A stretch of 64,000 bases of DNA from Octopus sinensis. Taxonomy: Eukaryota. The stretch lies in assembly GCF_006345805.1 (NCBI RefSeq), contig NW_021833094.1:23599-87598 (forward strand), given 5' to 3'. Positions 40,297 through 52,803 of this stretch are shown here, in pieces (the first letter of the stretch is position 1; each line of letters begins with the position of its first letter). Below the pieces are notes generated by a model. The model ran no database searches. It was given only the letters and a program-made list of their open reading frames with translations, and had not been told where the DNA came from. The position numbers were made by a program, and so were the translations under genes.

Positions 40297-40344
40297 GTCT
40301 TACAGCTGTTTTAGTGATATGAGAGATATCCCTTCATCAGAGAC
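40297..40344 (-). ncRNA. Type-I hammerhead motif, near intact
   Basis: Minus strand reads gtct CTGATGA AGGGATAT ctctc ATATCACT aAAAC agct GTA agac. There is one stem-II mismatch and G12 is changed to A. Confidence 0.7.
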
Positions 40345-40562
40345 GTTACGAGAGAGTTAAATAGATGGGAAATAGTAGAGTAATTTGGAAAGGGGGGAAT
40401 ATAAGAAGGATAAAGGGAAATATGTGAATAAGAATAAAAATATATGTTAGATGTTACAGTTGCAGTTCCATTATCCGAGGAAAGTGGTGTGTAGAATAGG
40501 TAGAAAGGCTTCTTGTCCTTGGTATGTAGATTCCAATAGGAGTTTGTATTTTGTTATTAGAT

Positions 40563-40912
40563 GGCGCAGGTGTGGCTGTGTGGTAAGTAGCTTGCTTACC
40601 AACGACATGGTTACGAGTTCAATCTCATGGCGTGGCACCTTGGGCAAATGTCTTCTGCTATAGCCTCGGGCCGACCAAAGCCTTTTCAGTGGATTTTGTA
40701 GACGGAAACTGAAAGAAGCCCGTCGTATATATGTATGTATATATACTATTATATATATATATATATATATGTTTGTGTGTGTGTGTGTGTGTGTGTGTTG
40801 TGTGTGTTGTGTGTGTGTGTGTGTGTGTTTGTGTGTGTGTGCGTGTGTATGTCTGTGTTTGTCCCACACACACAGACACGCACATCGCTTGACTACCGAT
40901 TCTGGTGTGATT
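40563..40912 (+). mobile_element. SINE family A, 3'-truncated
   Basis: Head and central microsatellite are present. The tail stops shortly before the opposite-strand family C copy. Confidence 0.88.
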
Positions 40913-40921
40913 AATAGATTG

Positions 40922-41295
40922 TGACACTCCATCGGTTACGATGACGAGGGTTCCAGTTGATCCAATCAACGGAACAGCCTGCTAATGAAATTAACGTGTA
41001 AGTGGCTGAGCACTCCTCAGACACATGTACCCTTAACGTAGCTCTCGGGAAGATTCAGCGTGACACAGAGAGTGACAAGGCCGGCCCTTTGAAAATACAG
41101 AAACAGGAAGAAAGAGCGAGAGAAAGTTGTGGTGTGAAAGAGTACAGCTGGATCGCCAACCCACCACCTGCCGGAACCTCGTGGAGCTTTGGGCGTTTTC
41201 GCTCAATAAACACTCACAACGCCCGGTCTAGGAATCGAAACCGCGATCCTACTATCACAACTCCACTGCCCTAACCACTGGGCGATTGCGCCTCC
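40922..41295 (-). mobile_element. SINE family C, tail type 1
   Basis: Family C head on the minus strand from 41295 to ~41102, then a tail unrelated to type 2 (ctgtatttcaaagggcc...ctggaaccctcgtcatcgtaaccgatggagtgtc). Confidence 0.85.
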
Positions 41296-42054
41296 CCGAT
41301 TGATAGATAAACAGATAGATACGTGCTTAAATCCATACAGAGGCAAACAGAGATAGAGAACAAGAAAACGGAAAAAAAATTTGTGCGCATGCGTGTATGG
41401 ACGTACGTGGATAAGTTTCAACAGAAATCAGTTGTGCTTGCGTGATGAATAAATGAAGTCAATACTTTTATCGAAACACTTAGATAATTTATCGATATCG
41501 TTTTCTGAATCTGCTAAAAGTTCTGACAGAATTTAAGTCACGACTAAATTCCAGAAAAAAAAAAAAGGAAGGAGAATTAAGTTTATTTTTGTGTTATTTT
41601 AGTCGAACAATGTTTCCTCCACAGCGCCGGACTAAATGCCTTTTGCGGCATTTAATTGCTCCCTTTTATGCTTTGTATTTTGAAATATTGGAGATTAATA
41701 TGGTCTTTGTTTTTCATTTATTCCATCAAGTGTCCGGGGGTTGGGGTGTGGAGTTATTAGTAATCGAATAAAGTCTACTGATTGGTATTGCTGTTATCGA
41801 TGTTGCTGTCGTTGTTGTTGTTGTTGTTGTTGCTGATGATAAATGATGATGATGATGTCGTTGTCGTTTTCGTCATCGTTGTTGCTGTTGTCTTGTGATG
41901 GTGATGGGGGTGATAATGATGGTGTGGTGGGCCTGATGCTGGTTCTGGTGCGGGTACTGGTGGTAGTTGTGATGTTTGTGGTAGCGGTGGTTGATGTTGG
42001 AGATGGTTTTGTTGTTGTTGCTGCTGCTGTGCTGTTGAGCTGTTGCTATTGCTG

Positions 42055-42369
42055 TTGGGCATAGCGGTCTTCGTCCCAGAGATCGCAAGATCGCGGCTCT
42101 GTAATGGGAGGAGTCCGAAACCTGGTCCTTTGCTATTCGTAAGACCCGCAGAAGAGAAAGAGGTTGGGGACAAGAAACAGGAAGAAAGAGTGAGAGAAAG
42201 TTGGGGCGAAAGAGTACAACAGGTGTCGCCACCACAACCTGCCGGAGCATCGTGGAGCTTTGGGTGTTATTCGCTCAATAAACACACACAACGCCCGGTC
42301 TGGGAATCGAAACCGCGATCCTCCGACTGCGAGTTCGCTGCCCTAACCACTGGGCCATTGCGCCTCCAC
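42055..42369 (-). mobile_element. SINE family C, tail type 2, inside a (CAA/CAG)n array
   Basis: Same head and tail as 18531, with an internal deletion. Confidence 0.9.
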
Positions 42370-42381
42370 TGCTGCAGCTGC

Positions 42382-42422
<41 letters not shown>

Positions 42423-42432
42423 TTGTTGTTGT

Positions 42433-42624
42433 TAAGCAACAAGACGGGTAAGGGTGATTAGGTGATGGTCTAGGGCTTAGGGGTGGGAGACCCAAGACCT
42501 TGGAAAAAAAAAACTTTGGTCGTCTTGTTGTAGCCGAGGGCTCTTCGTTGACGCCCGACACCACTGGGAGGTGGCCCACGAAGTCGTTGGAAATAGAGAT
42601 CTCCAGGTCTAAATTCTTGAACGG
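42433..42624 (-). mobile_element. Family F: 3' end of a retroposon with an (AAC)n tail
   Basis: Homologous to 56264-56460. Ends cccttacccgtcttgttgcttaacaacaac. Confidence 0.8.
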
Positions 42625-42771
42625 CTGCTGCTGCTGCTGCTGATAGTGGTATTGGTGGTTTTGGTAGCATCTCTATTGGTGATGGGATGGTGTTACTATT
42701 GCTGTCTTTGTTATTATTGTTGTTGTTTGTGGTGGTGGTGGTGGTGGTGGTGGTGGTGATGGTGGTGGTGC

Positions 42772-42802
<31 letters not shown>

Positions 42803-43433
42803 GGTGGTGGTGCTGGTGGTGCTGGTGGTGGTGGTGCCGGTAGTAATGTTTATCTCCACATCTGCTCTCATGAACCTGATTTATGATCAGTGACAATCCA
42901 GCCGTGGCCATCATGTTTTGTCCTTCCTTCTAGTCGCAGTGCATCTCTAGCTACCGCATTTCTTAACATGACTTTATTCTAAAACGATACAGTTTAAATC
43001 TTAAAGGAGTTTGGCTGTTATTTCTAGCCAGTGATGTAGGACTCAACCCGAATCCATGATGTTATGAAGCAAACTTCTAACCACACAGCCACACCTGCGG
43101 CTACGCAGATGTGAAAAGGAATCACCCTCTTTCCCTCGATTTCTGTAAAAATGGACGTCACTACACTTTTTTATAGGTGCCACTCATCCAAACTAGTGTG
43201 AGGACCAGGTACGGCAGCAGAACCTACATGCTTTCAAGAAGCAGTGTAACACCCTGCCACAGCTTTTGAACTGAAGGACATTAAAGAATAAATGCATAAA
43301 ATAAAATATAGAAATGTATATACATATACACATATACTTACATATATATATATGTGTGTAGGTATGTATACACACACACACACACATATATATATACATA
43401 TATATATATATATAAATACACAAACACACATAC

Positions 43434-43474
<41 letters not shown>

Positions 43475-43992
43475 TATATTTCTGTGCATATACACACACA
43501 TGCATATATAGAGATAGGGGGCTGTAGCGGAAGAAAGAGTGAGGGAGACAGAGAGAAAATAAAGAGAGGGAGTGTGAGAAATAGATAGAAAGAGAGAGAG
43601 GGAGAGAAGGCGGGAGAGAATTCCAATAATCTGCGGTATTCAATACAAAGTCGTGACGGAATAATAAAGATTGTAAAGAATGCAAATCGCAATCATCTGT
43701 GGATTTCCGGCAATAAGTGAGTGATACGAATTATGTATGACCCCCACCAGTAAAACACATATAAACAAAGCATATGAAAAGAGCAAAACGTACAGCAAAA
43801 GGTTGTTTGTAAATTAATTTCGTGTATGATATCGTCGACCTGAACGTGGGTTCTGATATTAAGGACGAGTTGTGAACTAGCAGTTCGCAGTTTCAAATCT
43901 TCTCCGAATCAATTTGTTCCGAACATTGCAAGGCGCGTGCTGAAATGGAACTCTGTACTAGGGTACACCGTGTTAACAACAACAAGAACAAT

Positions 43993-44204
43993 CTTTTCTA
44001 CTGGAAGCACAAAGCCTCAAATTTGGTAAAGGGATTAAGTCGATTACATCGACCCCAGTGCGTAACTGGTACTTATTTAATAGACCCCGAAAGGATAAAA
44101 GGCAAAGTCGACTTCGGCGGAATTTGAACTCAGAACGTAAAGACGGAGGAAATGCCACTAATCATTTCGTCCGTTGCGGTAACGATTCTGCCAGTTCGCC
44201 GCCT
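43993..44204 (-). mobile_element. SINE family B (variant tail)
   Basis: gggattaagtcgattacatcgaccccagtgcg...aacgattctgccagttcgccgcc. Confidence 0.9.
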
Positions 44205-44205
44205 T

Positions 44206-44254
<49 letters not shown>

Positions 44255-44330
44255 TTAATAATAATAATAATAAAAATAATAATAATAATGATAATGATAA
44301 TGATGATGATGATAATAATAATAATAATAA

Positions 44331-44878
44331 ATGCCCTGATACGGTACCAGACATTGGCTCTCATGGCTTCTGATCTTAACTGATTGGAAGTGTTTATGTA
44401 CATTGTTTTGTCTTGGTATAAAAGATGCTACAGCAAATATTCTGCTCAATACCACAGATTTGCTTGTCAGTTTTTTTACCTTAACCAGTTGAGCATGTCC
44501 CTTAGTGGCTGACGATATGTTCATCTCTGATCACGAGCAAAGTAGTGGGGGAGCATCATAGCCATGTGTTGAGAGGGATTCCTTTGGGGTTTGAATAATT
44601 CACCTCTGGAAACATGGGTGGTTCTTTCAACATCCTTAAACAACCCTTATTCAGGGACCTTTTGAGCAGTATGGGCTACTCAACCTGAAGAAAATTCTAA
44701 CTGGGCCCCCCTGCAAGGTCATGTGCTGTTTATCTTGATATGAGATCACCATGTCGCGCCAATGGTTTGATGCATGTGCCTGGTGTACCCTTATCAGACG
44801 GGTAGTCATGATGGGTATATTGGGCTTCGTAATATTTTACCCCAGTGTCCTTTTGATGGCATGAACTGCTCTCCACTC
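44331..44878 (+). mobile_element. Family E element, full length (~550 bp), within (AAT)n
   Basis: Runs from atgccctgat to ctgctctccactc. (AAT)n on both sides. No tRNA head, TIR or meaningful ORF. Confidence 0.9.
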
Positions 44879-44880
44879 AA

Positions 44881-44947
<67 letters not shown>

Positions 44948-45041
44948 TAATAATAATAATAATAATATATAATGATAATAATAATTATATTAATAATAAT
45001 ATAAAAATAATATAATAATGATAATGATGATGATGATGATG

Positions 45042-45075
<34 letters not shown>

Positions 45076-45077
<2 letters not shown>

Positions 45078-45629
45078 GCCCTGATGCAGTACCAGTCAGT
45101 GTCTCTCATGGCTTCTGATCTTAACTGATTGGAAGTGTTATCATGTACATTGTTTTGTCTTGGTATAAAAGATGGGCTACAGCAAATATTCTGCTCAATA
45201 CCACAGATTTGCTTGTCAGTTGTTTGACCTTAACCAGTTGAGCATGTCCCTTAGTGGCTGACGATATGTGCATCTCTGATCACGAGAAGAAGTAGTGGAG
45301 GAGCATCATAGCCATGTGTTGAGAGGTATTCTTTGGTTTGATAATTCACCTCTGGAAACATGGGTGGTTCTTTCAACATCCTTAACAACCCTTATTCAGG
45401 GACCTTTTGAGCGGGATGGGCTACTCAACCTGAAAAAATTTCTAACTGGGCCCCACCTGCAAGGTCATGTGCTGTTTATCTTGATATGAGATCACCATTC
45501 GCGCCATACATATGGTTGTGATGCATGTGCCTGGTGTACCTTTATCAGACGGGTAGTCATGATGGGTATATTGGGCTTCGTATATTTTACCCCAGTGTCA
45601 CTTTGATGGCATGCACTGCTCTCTCACTC
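45076..45629 (+). mobile_element. Family E element, second full-length copy, within (AAT)n
   Basis: Same ends as 44331, but many independent substitutions and indels. Confidence 0.9.
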
Positions 45630-45659
45630 AATAATAATAATAATATATTGACACCAGTA

Positions 45660-45762
45660 GGTGTCGACTTCGGAAAGACTCGAACTCAGAACGTTATGAC
45701 AGACGAAATGCCGCAAAACATTTTGTCCGTCACCGTAATGATTCGGCCAACTCAACCGCCTT
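45660..45762 (-). mobile_element. SINE family B head, degenerate
   Basis: gtcgacttcggaaagactcgaactcagaacg...gacgaaatgccgc. Confidence 0.7.
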
Positions 45763-45927
45763 CACAACAATAATTGTAACGACAACCGCTACAATAACAA
45801 ATCTAACAAAGGAAAAATGAAATTTAAAAGCATAATCCGTGAATGCCAGGCAATGTCTTTGAAAATCAAGCAGCGATGCATATGCGCACACCAACAGAGG
45901 CACATACATTCATATATATATATATAT

Positions 45928-45971
<44 letters not shown>

Positions 45972-45994
45972 TGTGTGTGTGGTGTATATATATG

Positions 45995-46032
<38 letters not shown>

Positions 46033-46169
46033 ATATATTATATATATATACATATATATATACAATTATACATATATATATACATATATACACACACACA
46101 CACACCACACACACATATAGATATATATATATATATATATATATATGATATATATATATATATATATAA

Positions 46170-46261
<92 letters not shown>

Positions 46262-46284
46262 ATATATATATGTATATATGTATA

Positions 46285-46622
46285 GTGAAGGCGCATGGCT
46301 CAGTGGTAAGAGCGTCGAATTACGATTGTGAGGTTGTGAGCTCGAATCCCGGACCGGGCTGCGTGTTGTGTTCTTGAGCAAGACACTTTATTTCACGTTG
46401 CTCCAGTTCACTCAGCTGTAGAAATGAGTTGCGACGTCACGGATGCCAAGCTGTATCGGCCCCTTTGCCTTTCCCCTGGCTAACACTGGTGGCGTAGAGA
46501 GGGGAGGCCGGTATGCATGGGCGACTGCTGGTCTTCCATAAAACCACCTTTCCCAGACTTGTGCCTCGGAGGGTAACTTTGTAGGTGCAATCCCATGGTC
46601 AGTGTCGTGACCGAAGGGGGTC
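46285..46622 (+). mobile_element. SINE family D (tRNA head plus CORE-like domain), full length
   Basis: A-box tggctcagtgg and B-box-like gctcgaatccc, then gttcttgagcaagacactttatttcacgttgctccagttcactcagctgtagaaatgagt, typical of CORE-SINE bodies. Confidence 0.85.
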
Positions 46623-46838
46623 CCAGATTCCCAGATGTATATATGTATATATATATATATATCTATATATGTATATATGTATGTATATGTATGTATATAT
46701 GTATATATATGTATATATGTATGTATATATGTATGTATATGTATATAATATATATATATATGTATGGTATATAATGTGTATATATATGTATATATATGTA
46801 TGTATTATGTATATATATGTATATATATGTATGTATAT

Positions 46839-46872
<34 letters not shown>

Positions 46873-46886
46873 ATAATATATATATA

Positions 46887-46974
<88 letters not shown>

Positions 46975-47123
46975 TATATACATATACATATCTATAATGC
47001 TACAACATCCCCAGATACACACACATAAAAGCAGAGGCAATAAGTACAGACTTGTACATAGACACGGTAAAAAACATATACAGACGCACATACACACATA
47101 AGCTTATACATACATGTATATGC

Positions 47124-47220
47124 GTGTGTGTATGTTCGTGTGTGTGTGTATGTTCGTGTGTGTGTGTATGTTCGTGTGTGTGTGTATGTTCGTGTGTGTG
47201 TGTATGTTCGTGTGTGTGTG
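47124..47220. repeat. 18-bp minisatellite, 5 copies (gtgtgtgtgtgtatgttc)
   Basis: tatgttc at 47131, 47149, 47167, 47185 and 47203. Confidence 0.9.
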
Positions 47221-47776
47221 CTTGTGTGTGTTTCTGTCTGTGTCTCTGTCTGCGTATGTGAGCGTGTATGTGTATATGTGTACATATGTGTGTGTATGTG
47301 TCGAAGCGCATACATACATAGAGAGTATCTCACATGAAAGCGCACATATATATACATATATATATATAACACACACACAGACATACAAACAGACATAAAT
47401 AAACAAACGGAAAGATCAAAGCGAATTTCATTAAAAGAAATCTTCGATGTTCAAACAGATAAAACAATTTACAACTTCCTCCATGTGGTCATTCGAAATG
47501 GTTGAAATAGCAGTCAATACTATTACAGATTCATACGTCACTCTCTTGCTTATGTATGCATGTGTGAATTAACGACGTAGGCTATGTGAAGGTATGGCTA
47601 AAGCTGCTAAAAATGATAAGTGTATCTCCCTTAAGTGACGTCCTATCGCCTAAGAAAATAACGCGATTGATAACGTGGTACTAACTCCAGCTACATTGGA
47701 ATATATCAATAACAAGAAAAAGATGGCCGCGGCTTGGACGTGTTTCGTCATGCAGCTATATGATTCAGGCTGACCT

Positions 47777-48379
47777 ATTTCTTTACTGCCCACAAGGAGC
47801 TAAACACAGAGGGGACAAACAAGGACAGACAAACGGATTAAGTCCATTATATCGACCCCAGTGCGTAACTGGTACTTATTTAATCGACCCCGAAAGGATG
47901 AAAGGCAAAGTCGACCTCGGCGGAATTTGAACTCAGAACGTAACGGTAGACGAAATACCTATTTCTTTACTACCCACGAGGGACTAAACACAAAGGGGAC
48001 AAACAAGGAGAGACAAACGGATTAAATCGATTATATCGACCCCTGTGCGTAACTGGTACTTATTTAATCGACCCCGAAAGGATGAAAGGCAAGTCGACCT
48101 CGGCGGAAATTTAAATCAGAACGTAACGGCAGACGAAATACCTATTTCTTTACTACCCACAAGGGGCTAAACACAGAGGGGACAAACAAGGACAGGTAAA
48201 CGGATTAAATCAATTATATCGACCCCAGTGCTTAACTGGTACTTATTTAATAGACCCCGAAAGGATGAAAGGCAAAGTCGACCTCGGCGGAATTTGAACT
48301 CAGAACGTAGCGGCAGACGAAATACCGCTAAGCATTTCGCCCGGCGTGCTAACGTTTCTGCCGGCTCGCCGCCTTATTC
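47777..48379 (-). mobile_element. SINE family B trimer (~184-bp period) with a 14-bp TSD
   Basis: TSD attcaggctgacct at 47763-47776 and 48380-48393. Unit starts (ctatttc) at 47775, 47959 and 48142. Only the last unit has the full head. Confidence 0.92.
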
Positions 48380-48767
48380 ATTCAGGCTGACCTGCGGGCT
48401 AAATAACATCAATGAGTACGGTAAGGGTTCCTGCTGCAGCGCTAAGATTTTTGTTACATGAGAAAGAGTGGCTATAGCTAGAAATAGTAGTCGAAGTTTA
48501 CCGAAATCACACTCAAATGTTTTAAGTAGATAATTTATAAATTTGTATAATTTGGTATATTTTGAGGCGATGAATCTGACGTTTGGAAAATAATTCTTTG
48601 TTTGATAGAAAATTTAATTCCGGCGTGCAAAACATTGTGCCAGTTCGCCCTCTTCTGTTCCAAATAACAAAATACTAAAACTACACAATGAACTTTACAA
48701 TGTATGAGTTCCTAAGGTACTTGTGGAACAGCGATCAGCCAAACAATAACGCATGTATTCATTCTTC

Positions 48768-49127
48768 GGATCTTTTCCTTTTGAACGGCAGTTTTCAACA
48801 CAATTTCTAGTTAACTAAACACTTTTAGACTTCGTATAATGGTAGAATGCGTCAAAATAAAACATTCTTTTTTTCTCTTGGCTTTCTTGAGAAAATTGTA
48901 ATTTGTAAGTTTAACGTAGTTTAATTTTTCGAATTTTAACCAATCCTATGCCCTCTATTGAGCTAAAATCATTTGCTGCGTCTAAAACTGAGACAACATC
49001 CTGTAACTAACCCTAACCCTAACCCTAAATTTTAGCCTTTCGTATACATTCTACCAGTATACTAAGTGTAAAAGTGTTTGGTCAACTAGAAATTGTGTTG
49101 AAAACTGCCGTTCAAAAGAAAAGATCC
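48768..49127. mobile_element. 360-bp MITE with ~80-bp TIRs, an 8-bp TSD and internal (CCCTAA)3
   Basis: TIR ggatctttt(c)cttttgaacggcagttttcaacacaatttctagtt... at both ends. TSD cattcttc at 48760-48767 and 49128-49135. Confidence 0.9.
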
Positions 49128-49424
49128 CATTCTTCATACGATCCTGAAGGTTCGAACGTAAAACTCATTTCTACTCCAGGCATAAGGCCCGAAAGTTTTC
49201 GAGACGGGACCGGTCGAATGGACAGACCCCAGTTCGCAATTCGTATTTGAATTATCGACCTCGAAATGATGAAAAGTAATATAGGATATCGTAGTTATTG
49301 TTGGCGGACATATTGGTCGATCTCGTTCTCGTTCGTTATCTTTGTTGTTGTAGTTGTATTTGCGGCTGTTACGGTTTTTGTTGTGGCTGTTGTTGTTATC
49401 GTTGTTGTTGTTGGTATTGTTGTT

Positions 49425-49620
49425 GCTGGCAGAATCGTTAGCACGCCGGGCTAAATGCTTAGTAGTGTTTCGTCTGCCGCTACGTTCTGAGTTCAAATTC
49501 TGCCGAGTTCGACTTTGCCTTTCATCCTTTCGGGATCGATAAATTAACTTAATCCGTTTATCTGTCCTTGTTTGTCCCCTCTGTTTTTAGCCCCTTGTGG
49601 GTAGTAAAGAAATAGGTATT
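49425..49620 (+). mobile_element. SINE family B monomer with an internal deletion
   Basis: gctggcagaatcgttagcacgccggg...gtagtaaagaaataggtatt. Confidence 0.9.
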
Positions 49621-50013
49621 GTTGTTGCTCAGTGGTTACAGCGTCGGGCACACAATCACGAGGTAAGTGAGCTCACAAAGATTCCGTCCGAAATTGTTTG
49701 ATAGCAAAGCGATCTTTTTTAACCATGCAGCCATGTCCACACCTATTGAATAAAAGAAAAACAAGAAGAAAAAAAAACTAATTTAGAGATTTGGAAAAAA
49801 AGAAAAAAGAATGGCTTTGAAGAGAATTAATTAAGAGGCAATAAATTATGGAAATATCGAAGAATATTGAAGTGTTAAGATTACAGCAAAGATTTCGAAA
49901 AGTAAAATGCAAATATTATGAATAGCGAACATCAGAGAGGAAATATATTGGACGATTATATGAGGATAAAATAGTCGATGATATACATGTCTATCGTGGG
50001 TGTATATATATAC

Positions 50014-50075
<62 letters not shown>

Positions 50076-50130
50076 TATATATATATATATATTATATGTG
50101 TGTGTGGTGTGTGTATATATATATACATAT

Positions 50131-50172
<42 letters not shown>

Positions 50173-50259
50173 TATATACAATACAAATCATATGTATATA
50201 CATAATATAATACATATATATATATATTATATATATATATACATATACATCACACATAT

Positions 50260-50300
<41 letters not shown>

Positions 50301-50444
50301 AGATAGAATTTTTACGGGCCACTGTATCAGGAGACCCAGCATTTTGTGCTGTTTGAATGTGTCACGTGACACTTGTCTCTGATTAATATCAATAAAAAAA
50401 GCCCAAAATATTATGCGTGTATACACACACACACACACACACAC

Positions 50445-50475
<31 letters not shown>

Positions 50476-50549
50476 GTATACATATACATACATATATACA
50501 TGTGTGTGTACATGCATTTATATACATATATATATATATATATATCTTC

Positions 50550-50587
<38 letters not shown>

Positions 50588-50709
50588 GCGTATAACCATG
50601 TATGCGTTTCTGTATGCATATATAAAAGATACAGGCACACACACTATTATAAATGTATCTATATACATTATGTATATATATATATATATATATAATATAT
50701 ATATTATAT

Positions 50710-50754
<45 letters not shown>

Positions 50755-51086
50755 CAAATGTATCTATAAACGCCCACACTCAGTCCCACTAACACACGAT
50801 ACTAAAAGCTATCTGGATGATTATTGTAAATGAAAAGACTCTCGAATAAATTAAATTACATTTGAATATTTTTAGCTCAGCCGTCAAACAGACAGACGTC
50901 TGAACATGACATAATCTTCTATTGCCGAAGATAATGTTTTTTTTCGGGAAACATAATCACTGTTATTGTTGTTGTTGTTGTTGATATTTTAGTGAAGTAT
51001 TTTTGTGCTACAATTCTCATATATACAATGTTTGTGTATATATAAAGAGAGAGAGAGAGAGAGAGAGAGGGAGGGAAAGACGGCGT

Positions 51087-51164
<78 letters not shown>

Positions 51165-51305
51165 TATGAATAGATAGATATATGAATAGATAGAGAATAT
51201 ATATATATATATAATATATATATAGTCACCATATGCAGCCACACACATTTCTTTTCTTATTAGTTCTACTTACACATGGTACCAATTGTAAAAGGAGTTG
51301 CTTGA

Positions 51306-51345
<40 letters not shown>

Positions 51346-51461
51346 CGCGCGCGTGTGATTAGTAGGTCTTGTAAACAGAGCACGTAAAAACCAATGAGAC
51401 AAGTCATAAGACAAATGACCTACCGACACTATCCACGCTTTCTACCGACCGTCATATATTA

Positions 51462-51655
51462 GGGGAGAATTCACGAAAAAATCACAAGACGAAGACAGGT
51501 GGTGTAGAAAACAAACAGATGTATTAGTATAACGCTCGGGAATTGAAAAAGTCTTTTATATTTCGAGCCTACGCTCTTCCTCAGAAAGGAACACGGAAAG
51601 AAGCAAGGAGAGAAACAAGGAGCGAAAAAAATGTATGTAGTGGCTACCGATCTAT
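51462..51655 (-). mobile_element. ~190-bp hammerhead-bearing element, copy 2
   Basis: Homologous to 4070-4252. Confidence 0.75.
51553..51588 (-). ncRNA. Minimal type-I hammerhead ribozyme motif with an intact core
   Basis: Minus strand reads cttt CTGAGGA A GAGC gtag GCTC GAAA T ATA aaag. CUGANGA, GAAA, the NUH triplet and stems I and II are present, with a palindromic ATAT in place of helix III. Confidence 0.75.
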
Positions 51656-52537
51656 CATGGCGATTCTACTTTTGATGAAAAATCAGATATTAGGTCTGTG
51701 GTAAAATGTCACCTATAAGGGATACAGTCATAAACGAAGAATCTGAAACGAACAAAACGCTAAAAGAAAAACAGAAATACTGAGAAATGAAGAGGAGCCG
51801 GTGACTTAACAAGTAAACCAGCATTCCGAACAATACTTTGAGGAATTCATTATATAATGCAAAACAAATTCGGTAAAAAGGAAAGCGGAAGCAGAGAGAA
51901 TAAATAAGAAAATAACAAAGAAAAAAATTTACTAATTTCTAACTCGGAAAACTGTAATATACAATGAAAGATATATTGTGGAAAGTATTTGTCGCTTTTT
52001 AAGCTTTCAGCTAGATTGATATATTAGCCATTGTTCCTTCATTTTCTGGCGCTCCTAATAATCCGATAACACGACTTATATAATGACAGAACGTATATTA
52101 ATAATAATTTCGAAGAGAGAGAAGAAAGCGCTTTTAGCTATATCATGGCCGTTTAATATTTGACAGCGAGTGAGACTGAGAGAGGTGACTTGCAAATGAA
52201 ATGCTGAATATGTCACTGTAAGCTGTCTCGAGAGGTTTGCTTCATCTTGGATTGTTATGAGGGACTTGCATGGGATTTCTCACTGTCCTTACCGTAATTA
52301 ATTACGTATGTGTGAGTATGTACACACGCGCACTCACACGTACAATACATCCATCCATATATATATATGTATATATATATTTATATATACATATATATAT
52401 ATGTATGGATGTATGCATGTATGTATATACTGTTAAGAGCTAAGAATGTGTGAGTGTTTATTAGCTGAGAATATTACAAGAACTACTCAAAAGATTATAT
52501 TGAGTGCCTGTGAACACGTACACATAAAGAGATAATG

Positions 52538-52574
<37 letters not shown>

Positions 52575-52704
52575 CAACTGCAATAGTAGTAGACGTAGTT
52601 TTAGCTGTATTAGAAGTTTTTACTATTACATCTACAGTGTATATACATAAATCTATAAATGCATATATACACCTACACATAAATAGTATTAGTGGAAGTA
52701 GTAT

Positions 52705-52757
<53 letters not shown>

Positions 52758-52765
52758 GAAGCAGC

Positions 52766-52803
<38 letters not shown>

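Noticed and set aside
49008-49027. (CCCTAA)3 as a telomere remnant or fusion site
   Set aside because: It lies inside a MITE bounded by TIRs and a TSD.
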